A stretch of DNA of 54,740 nucleotides from contig JACUUK010000002.1 of assembly GCA_014859315.1 (NCBI GenBank), positions 1 through 54,740 on the forward strand, given 5' to 3'. The notes beneath the pieces are model-generated. The model worked only from the letters and a program-made list of their open reading frames with translations, ran no database searches and was not told the origin of the DNA. The stretch is from Candidatus Aminicenantes bacterium (GTDB lineage Bacteria > Acidobacteriota > Aminicenantia > Aminicenantales > Aminicenantaceae). Position numbers and translations under genes: made by a program. This document shows positions 1 to 9,003 of this stretch, one piece after another (position 1 is the first letter of the stretch; the number at the start of each line of letters is the position of its first letter).

Positions 1-115
1 AATGGCGTATAAAATCTGAGGGGAGCAAAGCCATGCTCAGGTCTTTCCTCGTTAAAGCGAATTTATAGAACTTCAAATATCACGGAAAAAAATGCTTCCA
101 TTTTAGGATATAATC

Positions 116-1150
116 TTGCTCATACAAGCATTTCTGGTGTACTATAATATAAATTCAATAATGTGGAAACCAGTAGCTCTTATTATCATAATCATCTTCA
201 TTGGAACAATTGGCTTTCATGTTATAGAAGAAATGTCCTTTTTCGATTCTTTATACATGACCATCATAACCATATCTACTGTCGGCTTCAAAGAAGTCAA
301 GGAGCCCCTTACACCTGGTGGGCGGCTTTTTACTATCTTCATCATTCTGGGAGGTGTTGGGACAGCTATATTTGCATTCACAAAAATTGCTGAAGCTGTT
401 TATGAAGGAGGAATTAATCAATACTGGCGGAGAAGAAGAATGGAAAAAACAATAAAAAATTTAAAAGACCATTATATTATTTGTGGCCACGGAAGAATGG
501 GACAAATAGTACGGGAAAGGCTGGAAGAGGAGAATCTCCCTTTTATTGTCATCGACAAGAATGAGAACAAGTTAGCATCTCTAAAAGGCAATAGTAAGTG
601 TCTATATATTCTTGGAGATGCCACACAAGAAGAAGTACTCCTTCGGGCTGGAATCAAAAGAGCCAAGGCACTGGCTGCCCTATTGCCCTCAGACGCGGAT
701 AATCTTTATCTGGTTTTAACCGTTAAATTGATTCACCCTTCCATCTTTGTCCTTTCAAAAGCAATGGATGAGGAGGGAGAGAAAAAAATCCTACAAATCG
801 GAGCCAACAGAGTAGTAAGCCCTTATAAACTCAGTGGCTTTAAGATTGCACAATCGTTAATAAGACCAACCCTTGTTGATTTTATGGACTTAATCATCAG
901 GCGCAAAGAGCTTTCATTGTATATGGATGAATTTGTCGTTACAAAAGAGTCCAAAATCGCATCGCGCAGCATTGTAGAATGCGACTTACGCCGACAAGCC
1001 AATGTGATTGTTGTAGCAGTGAAAAAGCCAGGCAAGGACATTATTTTCAATCCTTCCCCGGAGACTAAAATCGGAGCAGGAGACACTCTATTAGTTTTAG
1101 GAGATAAAGACGCTATCGTTCAATTCGAGAAAAATTATCTAATTACATAA
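116..1150 (+). CDS. Two-TM pore-loop cation channel fused to a cytoplasmic RCK/TrkA-N domain (MthK/Kch-like)
   Basis: 344-aa ORF with TM1, pore helix, filter-like TISTVGFKE and TM2. This is followed by a Rossmann motif (ICGHGRMG) and a TrkA-C-like tail. Start is uncertain: TTG at 116 or ATG at 161 (MWKPVAL). Confidence 0.8.
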   Translation: MLIQAFLVYYNINSIMWKPVALIIIIIFIGTIGFHVIEEMSFFDSLYMTIITISTVGFKEVKEPLTPGGRLFTIFIILGGVGTAIFAFTKIAEAVYEGGINQYWRRRRMEKTIKNLKDHYIICGHGRMGQIVRERLEEENLPFIVIDKNENKLASLKGNSKCLYILGDATQEEVLLRAGIKRAKALAALLPSDADNLYLVLTVKLIHPSIFVLSKAMDEEGEKKILQIGANRVVSPYKLSGFKIAQSLIRPTLVDFMDLIIRRKELSLYMDEFVVTKESKIASRSIVECDLRRQANVIVVAVKKPGKDIIFNPSPETKIGAGDTLLVLGDKDAIVQFEKNYLIT

Positions 1151-1180
1151 CCACATGATTTTAAGTCACCTTATGATTAT

Positions 1181-2590
1181 ATGATTATTTATCAATCAAT
1201 AATTATCAGGGCTACCAGGCAGTATGCTGTATTAATGTGCATTCTTGCTCTTCTGGCATTAATACTCGGTTCTATTTCAGGTTTCACCCAAGAACAGGAG
1301 AAAACTACCAGTAAGTACTTTCAATTGGATAATGGCCTCAAAGTTTTTCTCTATAAAAGAGAAGTCTTGCCACTTTTTCACCTTTCTTTTGCTGTTAATA
1401 TTGGGTCAAAAGATGAATCCGATGAGACAAGTGGAATCGTCCACATTCTGGAACATTATATTCTTTTTCAAGGCACAGAATTCAGGGAAGGGAGAGAAAT
1501 CGCACTTGAGACTCGGCAGCATGGAGCTTATTTCAATGCCCATACAGGACGCGACATTGCTATTTTTGAGCTTTCCTTGCCATCTGAGCATGCATATTTT
1601 GCTCTCAAAAACCAAAAGGAAATTCTATTCCACCTGAAACTCACTCAGGAAAATTTAGACAAAGAAAAAAAAGTGATTTTAGAAGAGTTAAGCCAGCTCT
1701 ATGATGACCCGTTAAAATATGCAACATCAATTGTCTATCAGAATCTTTTTCGAAACCACCCATACCATAATCCCATTTACGGAAAAAAAGAGATTATCGA
1801 GGCCATTACCGTCCAACAGGTAGAAGATTTCTATAAGCAATATTTCGTTCCAAATAATTGCGCATTGGCCATTGTAGGAAGCTTTGACTTGGCAGATATG
1901 GAAGAAAAAATTAAAGAAACGTTCAAAGGCCTATCAACCGGCACCAATACATCCCTTACATCCACTCAATTCCACATGGTTTCTCCCCTGAAAAAGCCCA
2001 TTGAAATTGAACATCAAATGGATGTAAACCAGGCGTATATGGTTATTGGTAGCCTGGCTCCGGACTATAACAATCCAGATCAATATGCGGTTGACCTTCT
2101 CACAGAAATTCTTGGCCGTGGGATTAATCCAATGTTGAATTATCCTTTGCGTGGGAGGAGAGAGCTGGTTTATACTGTATCCATGGGATACAGCGCCTAT
2201 AAATATGGAGGGGCAATGCTGATTTACCTCACATTAGACCCAAAAAACATCAATGCAGCAAAAAGAGAAACCATAAGGTTTTTGAAAACAACACGCCAGC
2301 AAAATTACTCAAAGAAAGATTTCTACGGTGAGAGTCAGTTTTATGCCTTGGATTTCCTTGAATATGCCAAAAATCAAATGAAATTTAAATACCATAAATC
2401 CCAAGAAAATGGACTTGCAATAGCAAATTCTCTTGCACGATATATGCTTTTAAATACACTGCCCCAGCGTGGGGGATATTTAGAAAATATCGAAAAAATA
2501 AGTTCTTCTGACTTAAGAAAAGTTGCAGGAAATTATCTTAGCAAAGGAAATTTCGTTATTGTGACAATACCCCCAAAAAAGAAAAAGTAA
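1181..2590 (+). CDS. M16 (pitrilysin/insulinase) family zinc peptidase, catalytic-type subunit, secreted
   Basis: 469 aa. It carries the inverted zinc motif HxxEH (HILEH) followed by LFQGT, and a hydrophobic N-terminal signal/anchor. It lies 4 nt upstream of a second M16 gene. Confidence 0.85.
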   Translation: MIIYQSIIIRATRQYAVLMCILALLALILGSISGFTQEQEKTTSKYFQLDNGLKVFLYKREVLPLFHLSFAVNIGSKDESDETSGIVHILEHYILFQGTEFREGREIALETRQHGAYFNAHTGRDIAIFELSLPSEHAYFALKNQKEILFHLKLTQENLDKEKKVILEELSQLYDDPLKYATSIVYQNLFRNHPYHNPIYGKKEIIEAITVQQVEDFYKQYFVPNNCALAIVGSFDLADMEEKIKETFKGLSTGTNTSLTSTQFHMVSPLKKPIEIEHQMDVNQAYMVIGSLAPDYNNPDQYAVDLLTEILGRGINPMLNYPLRGRRELVYTVSMGYSAYKYGGAMLIYLTLDPKNINAAKRETIRFLKTTRQQNYSKKDFYGESQFYALDFLEYAKNQMKFKYHKSQENGLAIANSLARYMLLNTLPQRGGYLENIEKISSSDLRKVAGNYLSKGNFVIVTIPPKKKK

Positions 2591-2594
2591 TACA

Positions 2595-3938
2595 ATGTGC
2601 TACCATATAAAGATTCTTGGTATCCTTTGTGCCTTAGGAATTACAATAGGAAGCCCGGTTCACACCTGCTCGTTTCCTTCAAATCCTCTGAAGATATTCC
2701 CTCCAAAAAAAACCATTCTTTCAAATGGCCTTCCTTTGATATATCAAGAAGACAAAACTTCATCCATTACAATCATTCAACTCCTTATTCATGGAGGACA
2801 CATAGCAGACCCTGATGGGAAGGCAGGCCTTGCTTATTTGGCCACACGTTTAAGCTTGGAGATTCCGGACCAAGGAAAAATCCAACAGTTAATGAGCCAG
2901 GCCTCACAGATTTCTATGGCTTGTTACGGGGATTATTCGCTTGTACGTATCGCATGTTTATCTGAACACCTTGAAAGCACTCTGAAAACCGTCACACAAA
3001 TCCTGATGAATCCATTATTTTCCGGATTGAGAATAAACAGATTCAAAGAACAAATGCTTCATCAGAGAGAAAAAGAGGAGGATGAACCTGCTCAAATTGC
3101 TCACCAAAAAGGCCTCAATTGCTTTTACAGCGGCTCATCATACGGCACTCCGATTCTTGGAAGCAAGGAATCACTTGATGCCATAAAAAAGAAAGATATC
3201 GAAGCATTTTTCAATGTGCATTTCAAATCAGAGAATATGGTCGTGGCTGTAGTTTCTGACCTTAAAGAAGATTCAATCATTCAAATACTCAAAAAATATC
3301 TTGAACAAATTCCAGCAGGCACCAGTCCCTCTCAGACCACTCCCTCGCAATCGTCCAAAATTCAAGAAGAAAAACAGATTGACATCGAAAAAGACGTCAA
3401 GCAAGTTCTTATCTCCTCTATTTATCCTCTTCCTATGCTTTCTCTAAAAAACTTCACAAATACCTTTTTATTAGAAAATTTATTAGGAAAAGGCATCAAT
3501 TCCAGGCTTTGGCGTTTGCGCTCAGAGGAAAAATTGGCATATAACGTAAATGCCAATGCCACTCTTATGAGAGATGGAGGAATCATCGAAGCGTATTTGG
3601 AAACAGATAATAGCAAGAAACTACAAGCACGAGAAGCCCTCAAAAAAGAGCTTGCTGACCTCTTTGAAAAGGGTGTTTCCAATGAAGAATTGTTGATGAC
3701 AAAATTCTATTTAAAATCGTTCTTTCTTAGAAGTAACGAATCAAAGGATACCCGTGCACATAATCTTGCCTTTTTTGAAGCATTTAATCTTGGTTCTGAC
3801 TTTTTAAATGATGTGTTTCGCGAGATTGACAATATGACCATTGAAGAGATAAATGCCTTTATAAAAGAGATTCTTGACCCACAAAAAGAAATCCAAATTA
3901 ATGTAGGGCCAAAAGATAAGACAAAAAACCAGCAGTAG
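2595..3938 (+). CDS. M16 family peptidase-like protein lacking the HxxEH motif (probable non-catalytic partner subunit)
   Basis: 447 aa with M16-like length and block structure but no HxxEH. It has an N-terminal signal-like segment and is tightly coupled to the preceding M16 gene. Confidence 0.75.
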   Translation: MCYHIKILGILCALGITIGSPVHTCSFPSNPLKIFPPKKTILSNGLPLIYQEDKTSSITIIQLLIHGGHIADPDGKAGLAYLATRLSLEIPDQGKIQQLMSQASQISMACYGDYSLVRIACLSEHLESTLKTVTQILMNPLFSGLRINRFKEQMLHQREKEEDEPAQIAHQKGLNCFYSGSSYGTPILGSKESLDAIKKKDIEAFFNVHFKSENMVVAVVSDLKEDSIIQILKKYLEQIPAGTSPSQTTPSQSSKIQEEKQIDIEKDVKQVLISSIYPLPMLSLKNFTNTFLLENLLGKGINSRLWRLRSEEKLAYNVNANATLMRDGGIIEAYLETDNSKKLQAREALKKELADLFEKGVSNEELLMTKFYLKSFFLRSNESKDTRAHNLAFFEAFNLGSDFLNDVFREIDNMTIEEINAFIKEILDPQKEIQINVGPKDKTKNQQ

Positions 3939-3944
3939 CTGATT

Positions 3945-5336
3945 TTAAGCTTTTGCTGTACTGTCTTCTACGTCTGAAATTGCCTTTGGAATGGATTTCC
4001 CAAGGATTTTATACCCTGTTTCTGTTACAAGGACATCATCCTCGATGCGCACGCCTCCAAAATCTCTGTATTGGTTGACTCTGTCATAATCTATAAATTC
4101 TTGGAACTTTTTTTCAGCTATCCACTTATCAATTAAAGCCGGAATAAAGTATATTCCAGGCTCCACAGTTACCACATAATATGGCTGCAATTTCTTTGCA
4201 AGGCGCAAATAAGCCAAACCAAACTGCTCGCTTCTTTTAACTGTATGATTATAGCCAACATAATCCTCCCCTAAATTTTCCATATCGTGAACGTCAAGAC
4301 CAATCATATGTCCTAACCCATGAGGGAAGAATAATGCATGCGCCCCAGCCCTTGCAGCATCCTCTGGGTTTCCTTTTATCAACCCAAGGTCTTTCAACCC
4401 CTGTGTAATAATTCGTACAGCAATCAGGTGTACATCTTTATATGGAATTCCTGGCTTTATGGCTCGAATGGCTGCTTCCTGAGCACTGAGAACAATGGAA
4501 TATATGTCCTTTTGTTTTTTTGTGAATTTGCCTCCAATTGGAAATGTTCTTGTAATATCTGAGGCATAATGCATCGAAGATTCTGCACCAGAGTCAACAA
4601 CAAGGAGTCTTCCTTCCTGCAGTTTGTTTCCATGATAATGATTATGCAGGATTTGGCCATTAATTGTTAGTATTGTAGGAAAAGCTAAATAGCACCCTGC
4701 AGCCTGGCAAATCCCTTCCATCTGTCCAGCTAGCTCCCTTTCATATCTTCCTGGCTTTGCCATTTTCATTGCCGCAAGATACATTTCATAAGTAACTTCA
4801 TGGGCTTTCTCCATTTCTTCTATTTCCTCTGGAATCTTCACCGACCTTTGCTCTACAACAGCTTTAATCAGTTCCTCAGAGGAATAATCCTTAACCATTT
4901 CTGGATGAATACCCAAAAGTTGACTTATCTTTAAAACTGTTTCCGGCCGATAAGGAGGACAATAATGGATTTTTTTCCCTCCTTTGAGCGCCTTCTTGAG
5001 GACATCCCTTAAATCTTTTAATGGAGCCGTGTGATTGACTCCCACCTGAAGGGCTCTTTCTTTAAGCGAAGGCATTTCTCCCATCCAGATAATATCTTCC
5101 ACACTTATATCATCACCAAATATTAAATCTTTTCCTTCGTCTACAGCAACAATTCCCACAAGTGATGAAGAATCCAGGCCAAAAAAGTAAAGAAAAGAAC
5201 TGTCCTGCCTGAAATGATAGGGATTCGAATGATAATTCATAGGAGATTCTTCATTCCCAATAAAAAGCGCAATTCCTGATTTAATCTGTTCCCTCAAACG
5301 CTCTCTTCTTTGCCTATAAATTTTTTCATTAAACAT
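3945..5336 (-). CDS. pepP: Xaa-Pro aminopeptidase / prolidase (M24B family)
   Basis: 463 aa. N-terminal AMP_N-like region (NPYHFRQDSSFLYFFG). M24 metal-ligand blocks are present: VDSGAE, HGLGHMIGLDVHD, VTVEPGIYF, GGVRIEDDVLVT. Confidence 0.85.
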   Translation of the reverse strand: MFNEKIYRQRRERLREQIKSGIALFIGNEESPMNYHSNPYHFRQDSSFLYFFGLDSSSLVGIVAVDEGKDLIFGDDISVEDIIWMGEMPSLKERALQVGVNHTAPLKDLRDVLKKALKGGKKIHYCPPYRPETVLKISQLLGIHPEMVKDYSSEELIKAVVEQRSVKIPEEIEEMEKAHEVTYEMYLAAMKMAKPGRYERELAGQMEGICQAAGCYLAFPTILTINGQILHNHYHGNKLQEGRLLVVDSGAESSMHYASDITRTFPIGGKFTKKQKDIYSIVLSAQEAAIRAIKPGIPYKDVHLIAVRIITQGLKDLGLIKGNPEDAARAGAHALFFPHGLGHMIGLDVHDMENLGEDYVGYNHTVKRSEQFGLAYLRLAKKLQPYYVVTVEPGIYFIPALIDKWIAEKKFQEFIDYDRVNQYRDFGGVRIEDDVLVTETGYKILGKSIPKAISDVEDSTAKA

Positions 5337-5470
5337 GTTCAGACTCCTTTGTTAGTTCCTTATATTATTATTTATTGCATTTCTTTTTTCCACATATAAA
5401 TCATTAAAAAACACGCATTAGGCTATCTAATAAACCAACACAAATCGAACTCATCTTGAAAAGATTGCTT

Positions 5471-7834
5471 TTAAAAAGACTCGTGTTCTGTCCTTTTAAT
5501 GATTTCATTCTGGAGCTCAGTGCTAATATTTACAAAATAATCACTGTAGCCAGCAACACGCACAATGAGATCGCGGAATTTCTCAGGGTTATTCTGAGCT
5601 TCTCTTAAGGTATCAGCTCTAACCACATTAAATTGAACATGGTGGCCATCTAATTTGAAATATGCACGTATCAGATGGGCAAGTTTATTTATTCCCTCAT
5701 CACTGGCCAGAAGCTGGGGAGTGAATTTCTGATTAAGAAGTGTTCCTCCAGTTCTTACATGGTCTATCTTTCCTGCTGATTTAACGACTGCGGTCGGCCC
5801 TTGGCGGTCTGCTCCCTGTACTGGGGAGATGCCTTCGGACAGAGGCTCTTTTGCTTTTCTGCCATCCGGAGTTGCCCCAGTGACTCTACCAAAATAAATA
5901 TGGACCGTTGTCGGCAAGAGATTTATGCGATGAAGGCCTCCTTTAGTATTTGGCCTTCCATTGACAGCTCTGTAATAGGTTTCAAAAATCATTTTCATGA
6001 TGTTATCAGCATAATCATCATCATTTCCATATTTTGGAGTCTTATTCAAAAATCTCTGTCTAAGGGCTTCATAATTTTTGTAATTGGAACGCATTGCATC
6101 TATTAAATCTTTCCAAGAAACATATTTCTTGTCAAAAACATTGTATTTAATCGAAGTCAAAACATCTGTCATTGTCCCCAACCCAACACCCTGGATGTAG
6201 GATGTGTTGTATCTTGCCCCTCCGTCATGGTAATCCTTTCCTTTTTCTATACAGTCATTGATTAGAATCGACAGGAATGGAGCTGGTAGATACTTTGCAT
6301 ACAGGCGCTCTATTATATTGTTCCCCTTTATTTTTATATCCACAAAACAGTTGATTTGTTTCTCATACGCATGGAATAATTGTTCAAAAGATGCAAATTT
6401 AGCTGGGTCTCCAGTAGAAATACCAATCTTTTTTCCTGTTCTTGAATCTAAACCATTGTTCAATGTGATTTCAAAAATCTTTACTAAATTAAAATATCCT
6501 GTAAGGATGTAACATTCTTTTCCAAAAGCACCTACCTCCACACATCCACTGGCTCCTCCATTGCGTGCATCTTCAATAGATTTTCCCTGGCGGACTAATT
6601 CCTGGACAATAGCATCTGTATTGAAGACCGAGGGCTGTCCAAATCCAGTCCTTATGATTTTTATCGCTTTTTTCAATAAACTATCAGGAGTTTTTTTGCT
6701 TATTTGGACCATGGAACTCGGCTGGAGAATCCTCATCTCTTCAACAACATCTAAAAGCAAGTAAGACAATTCATTTACACCATCAGAACCGTCAGCTTTT
6801 ATGCCTCCTATATTAATCAACGCAAAGTCTGTGTAAGTTCCGCTTTCCTCAGCAGTAACCCCAACTTTCGGAGGTGCAGGCTGATTATTGAATTTCACCC
6901 AAAATGCCTGGAGAAGTTCCTTTACCTTTTCTCGAGACAGAGTTCCTTCTTCGAGTCCTTTTTTATAAAAAGAGTACAGGTGTTGGTCAAGTCTGCCAGG
7001 ATTGAATGAATCCCAAGTGTTATATTCGATTATTACTCCAAGGTGCACAAACCAGTAATACTGAAGAGCTTCCCAGAAATCACGTGGCGCATGGGCAGGA
7101 ACATGCTCGCAGATCTCTACAATCCTTTCCAGCTCTGATACCCTCTTGAGATTTTTTTCTTTTATGATAAGCTCTCTGGCTTTTCTTGCATGTCGCTTAG
7201 CATAGAGTATTAAAGCATCAGCACAGATTTCCATCGCCTTAAGCTCTTCTTTCTTATCATACGCATGGGGGTCATTGAAGAAATCCAATTTTTTCATGCT
7301 TTTTCGAATATCATTTTTAAAATCAATAAGCCCCTTCTTGTATATCTTGTCATCCAAAACCGTATGCCCTGGCGCTCGTTGTTCCATAAATTCTGTAAAA
7401 ACTCCTGCTTCAAATGCATCTTTCCATTCCTTTGACATCTCGTTGAATAGCCGATCTCTGATAGACCTTCCTCTCCAAAACGGAATGATTTCCTTTTGAT
7501 AGATATGTTTTGTTTCCTCACTTACTGCAAAAGGAATTTTCTCCCGGCTGTTAATGATTTCAAGATCTTCCAAACTATGTGCATTTATCTCCGGATAAGT
7601 TGGAGTAGCTTTAGGAGCTGGGCCCCGCTCCCCAACAATAAGTTCTCCCTCATTGATACAGATTTCCTTATGTTCAAGCAAATATTTAAAAGCAAGAGCT
7701 CTTCCTACCGGGACTGAAACTCTCTGTGCTATATCGCTCTTATAAAATTCTGTTATGAGACGTGCCCTCTCAGGCGTTATATACGGCTTTGCATTAAGAC
7801 TTTGCTCTCGAAGCTTTTGAATTCTTTTGTTCAT
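5471..7834 (-). CDS. Glycyl radical enzyme, PFL2/glycerol-dehydratase clade; resembles trans-4-hydroxy-L-proline dehydratase (HypD) from memory
   Basis: 787 aa. C-terminal glycyl-radical motif RVAGYS (Gly about 26 residues from the end). Catalytic Cys loop SGCVEVG (single Cys plus Glu, not the CC of PFL). Blocks FTEFMEQRAPGHTV, WVKFNNQPAPPKVG, KTPKYGNDDDYAD and LPTTVHIYFG match my recollection of HypD. The substrate assignment is unverified. Confidence 0.85.
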   Translation of the reverse strand: MNKRIQKLREQSLNAKPYITPERARLITEFYKSDIAQRVSVPVGRALAFKYLLEHKEICINEGELIVGERGPAPKATPTYPEINAHSLEDLEIINSREKIPFAVSEETKHIYQKEIIPFWRGRSIRDRLFNEMSKEWKDAFEAGVFTEFMEQRAPGHTVLDDKIYKKGLIDFKNDIRKSMKKLDFFNDPHAYDKKEELKAMEICADALILYAKRHARKARELIIKEKNLKRVSELERIVEICEHVPAHAPRDFWEALQYYWFVHLGVIIEYNTWDSFNPGRLDQHLYSFYKKGLEEGTLSREKVKELLQAFWVKFNNQPAPPKVGVTAEESGTYTDFALINIGGIKADGSDGVNELSYLLLDVVEEMRILQPSSMVQISKKTPDSLLKKAIKIIRTGFGQPSVFNTDAIVQELVRQGKSIEDARNGGASGCVEVGAFGKECYILTGYFNLVKIFEITLNNGLDSRTGKKIGISTGDPAKFASFEQLFHAYEKQINCFVDIKIKGNNIIERLYAKYLPAPFLSILINDCIEKGKDYHDGGARYNTSYIQGVGLGTMTDVLTSIKYNVFDKKYVSWKDLIDAMRSNYKNYEALRQRFLNKTPKYGNDDDYADNIMKMIFETYYRAVNGRPNTKGGLHRINLLPTTVHIYFGRVTGATPDGRKAKEPLSEGISPVQGADRQGPTAVVKSAGKIDHVRTGGTLLNQKFTPQLLASDEGINKLAHLIRAYFKLDGHHVQFNVVRADTLREAQNNPEKFRDLIVRVAGYSDYFVNISTELQNEIIKRTEHESF

Positions 7835-7837
7835 TAT

Positions 7838-8746
7838 TTAGCCTCCGATTTTCACAAAAAATCCATATTTCGTAAGGATTGCTTTAACATTTTTCATCTG
7901 TTCATTCGTGGATGTCATGAGGTCTTCTGATGGATATTCTCTCTGCAATCGCTTGTATTTAGCACATCCCCCTTTATGGTAAGGCAAGAGGCTGATTTGC
8001 TTTATCTTTTTTAATTTCTTAAGGAACCGGGCCAATTGCTCGATATTTTTAATGTCATCGTTTATTCCTTGAACAAGAGGAATCCTGATTACAACATGTT
8101 TGCCTATCTCCACTAACTTCTTTAAATTCCAAAGGATTTTTTTGTTAGATACATTTGTGTAGTGCTTGTGCTTCCTATCATTCATGATTTTAATATCATA
8201 AAGGAAGAGATCCACATTTTTTGCTATTCTTTCGATTGTTTTAAAACTGGCACATCCAGAGGTATCAACAACAGTATGTATTTTTCTCTTTTTGCACTCC
8301 TTAAGCAGACCATCAAGGAAACCGGGCTGCATGAGAGGTTCACCTCCAGAAAAAGTCACACCACCTCCAGACTCTTCAAAAAATATCCTATCTCTCTCAA
8401 TCTCCTCTAAAACTTCCTCTACGGTTACTTCGCGGCCAGCTATTTCAAAGGCCTCATAAACACAGGCTTCGACACACTTGCCGCAACAATCGCACCTGGA
8501 ATTATCTACTTGAATTTCTCCATTTGGTTTTCTTAGTGCTTTTTGCGGGCATACATCTAAACATATAAAACATTCTATGGGGCATCTATCTCGACGCAGA
8601 AGGATTTCTTTGTGTATTTCCTGGCCTTCTGGATTGTGGCACCATAAACAGCGCAACGGACAACCCTTTAAAAAAACTGTTGTGCGTATCCCTGGGCCAT
8701 CATGAATTGCATACCTCTTTATATCGAAAATAATCCCTTTATTCAT
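7838..8746 (-). CDS. Glycyl-radical enzyme activating protein (radical SAM)
   Basis: 302 aa. It has CPLRCLWCHNPE (the CX3CX2C radical SAM cluster) plus an inserted ferredoxin-like Cys-rich region (CPIECFICLDVCP, CDCCGKCVEAC). Its stop lies 4 nt upstream of the GRE start. Confidence 0.9.
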   Translation of the reverse strand: MNKGIIFDIKRYAIHDGPGIRTTVFLKGCPLRCLWCHNPEGQEIHKEILLRRDRCPIECFICLDVCPQKALRKPNGEIQVDNSRCDCCGKCVEACVYEAFEIAGREVTVEEVLEEIERDRIFFEESGGGVTFSGGEPLMQPGFLDGLLKECKKRKIHTVVDTSGCASFKTIERIAKNVDLFLYDIKIMNDRKHKHYTNVSNKKILWNLKKLVEIGKHVVIRIPLVQGINDDIKNIEQLARFLKKLKKIKQISLLPYHKGGCAKYKRLQREYPSEDLMTSTNEQMKNVKAILTKYGFFVKIGG

Positions 8747-9003
8747 TCATGTCCTGCCTTACTCAGAAACAGAGGCAATAGTGGAAGCTTGTATATAATA
8801 TTTTTTAATGAATTTCCCTTGAACTTTATAAGACAAATGGACGTCACGAATAAATGCCACTGCTCCATCTTTCTTCCCATTTTCTGACAAATCCTTCTTG
8901 ACGTGGAAAATCATAAAGTCTCTTCTTTAGAGTAGTTATTATTTTCACAAGGTTTGAGTTTTCACATAAATTTAAAATTACATTGTGGAGAGGCTTAATT
9001 TTA

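Noticed and set aside
1-34. Possible 5' end of a minus-strand gene leaving the window (MALLPSDFIRH, with GAGGAAAG upstream)
   Set aside because: Only 11 codons are visible, so it cannot be supported.
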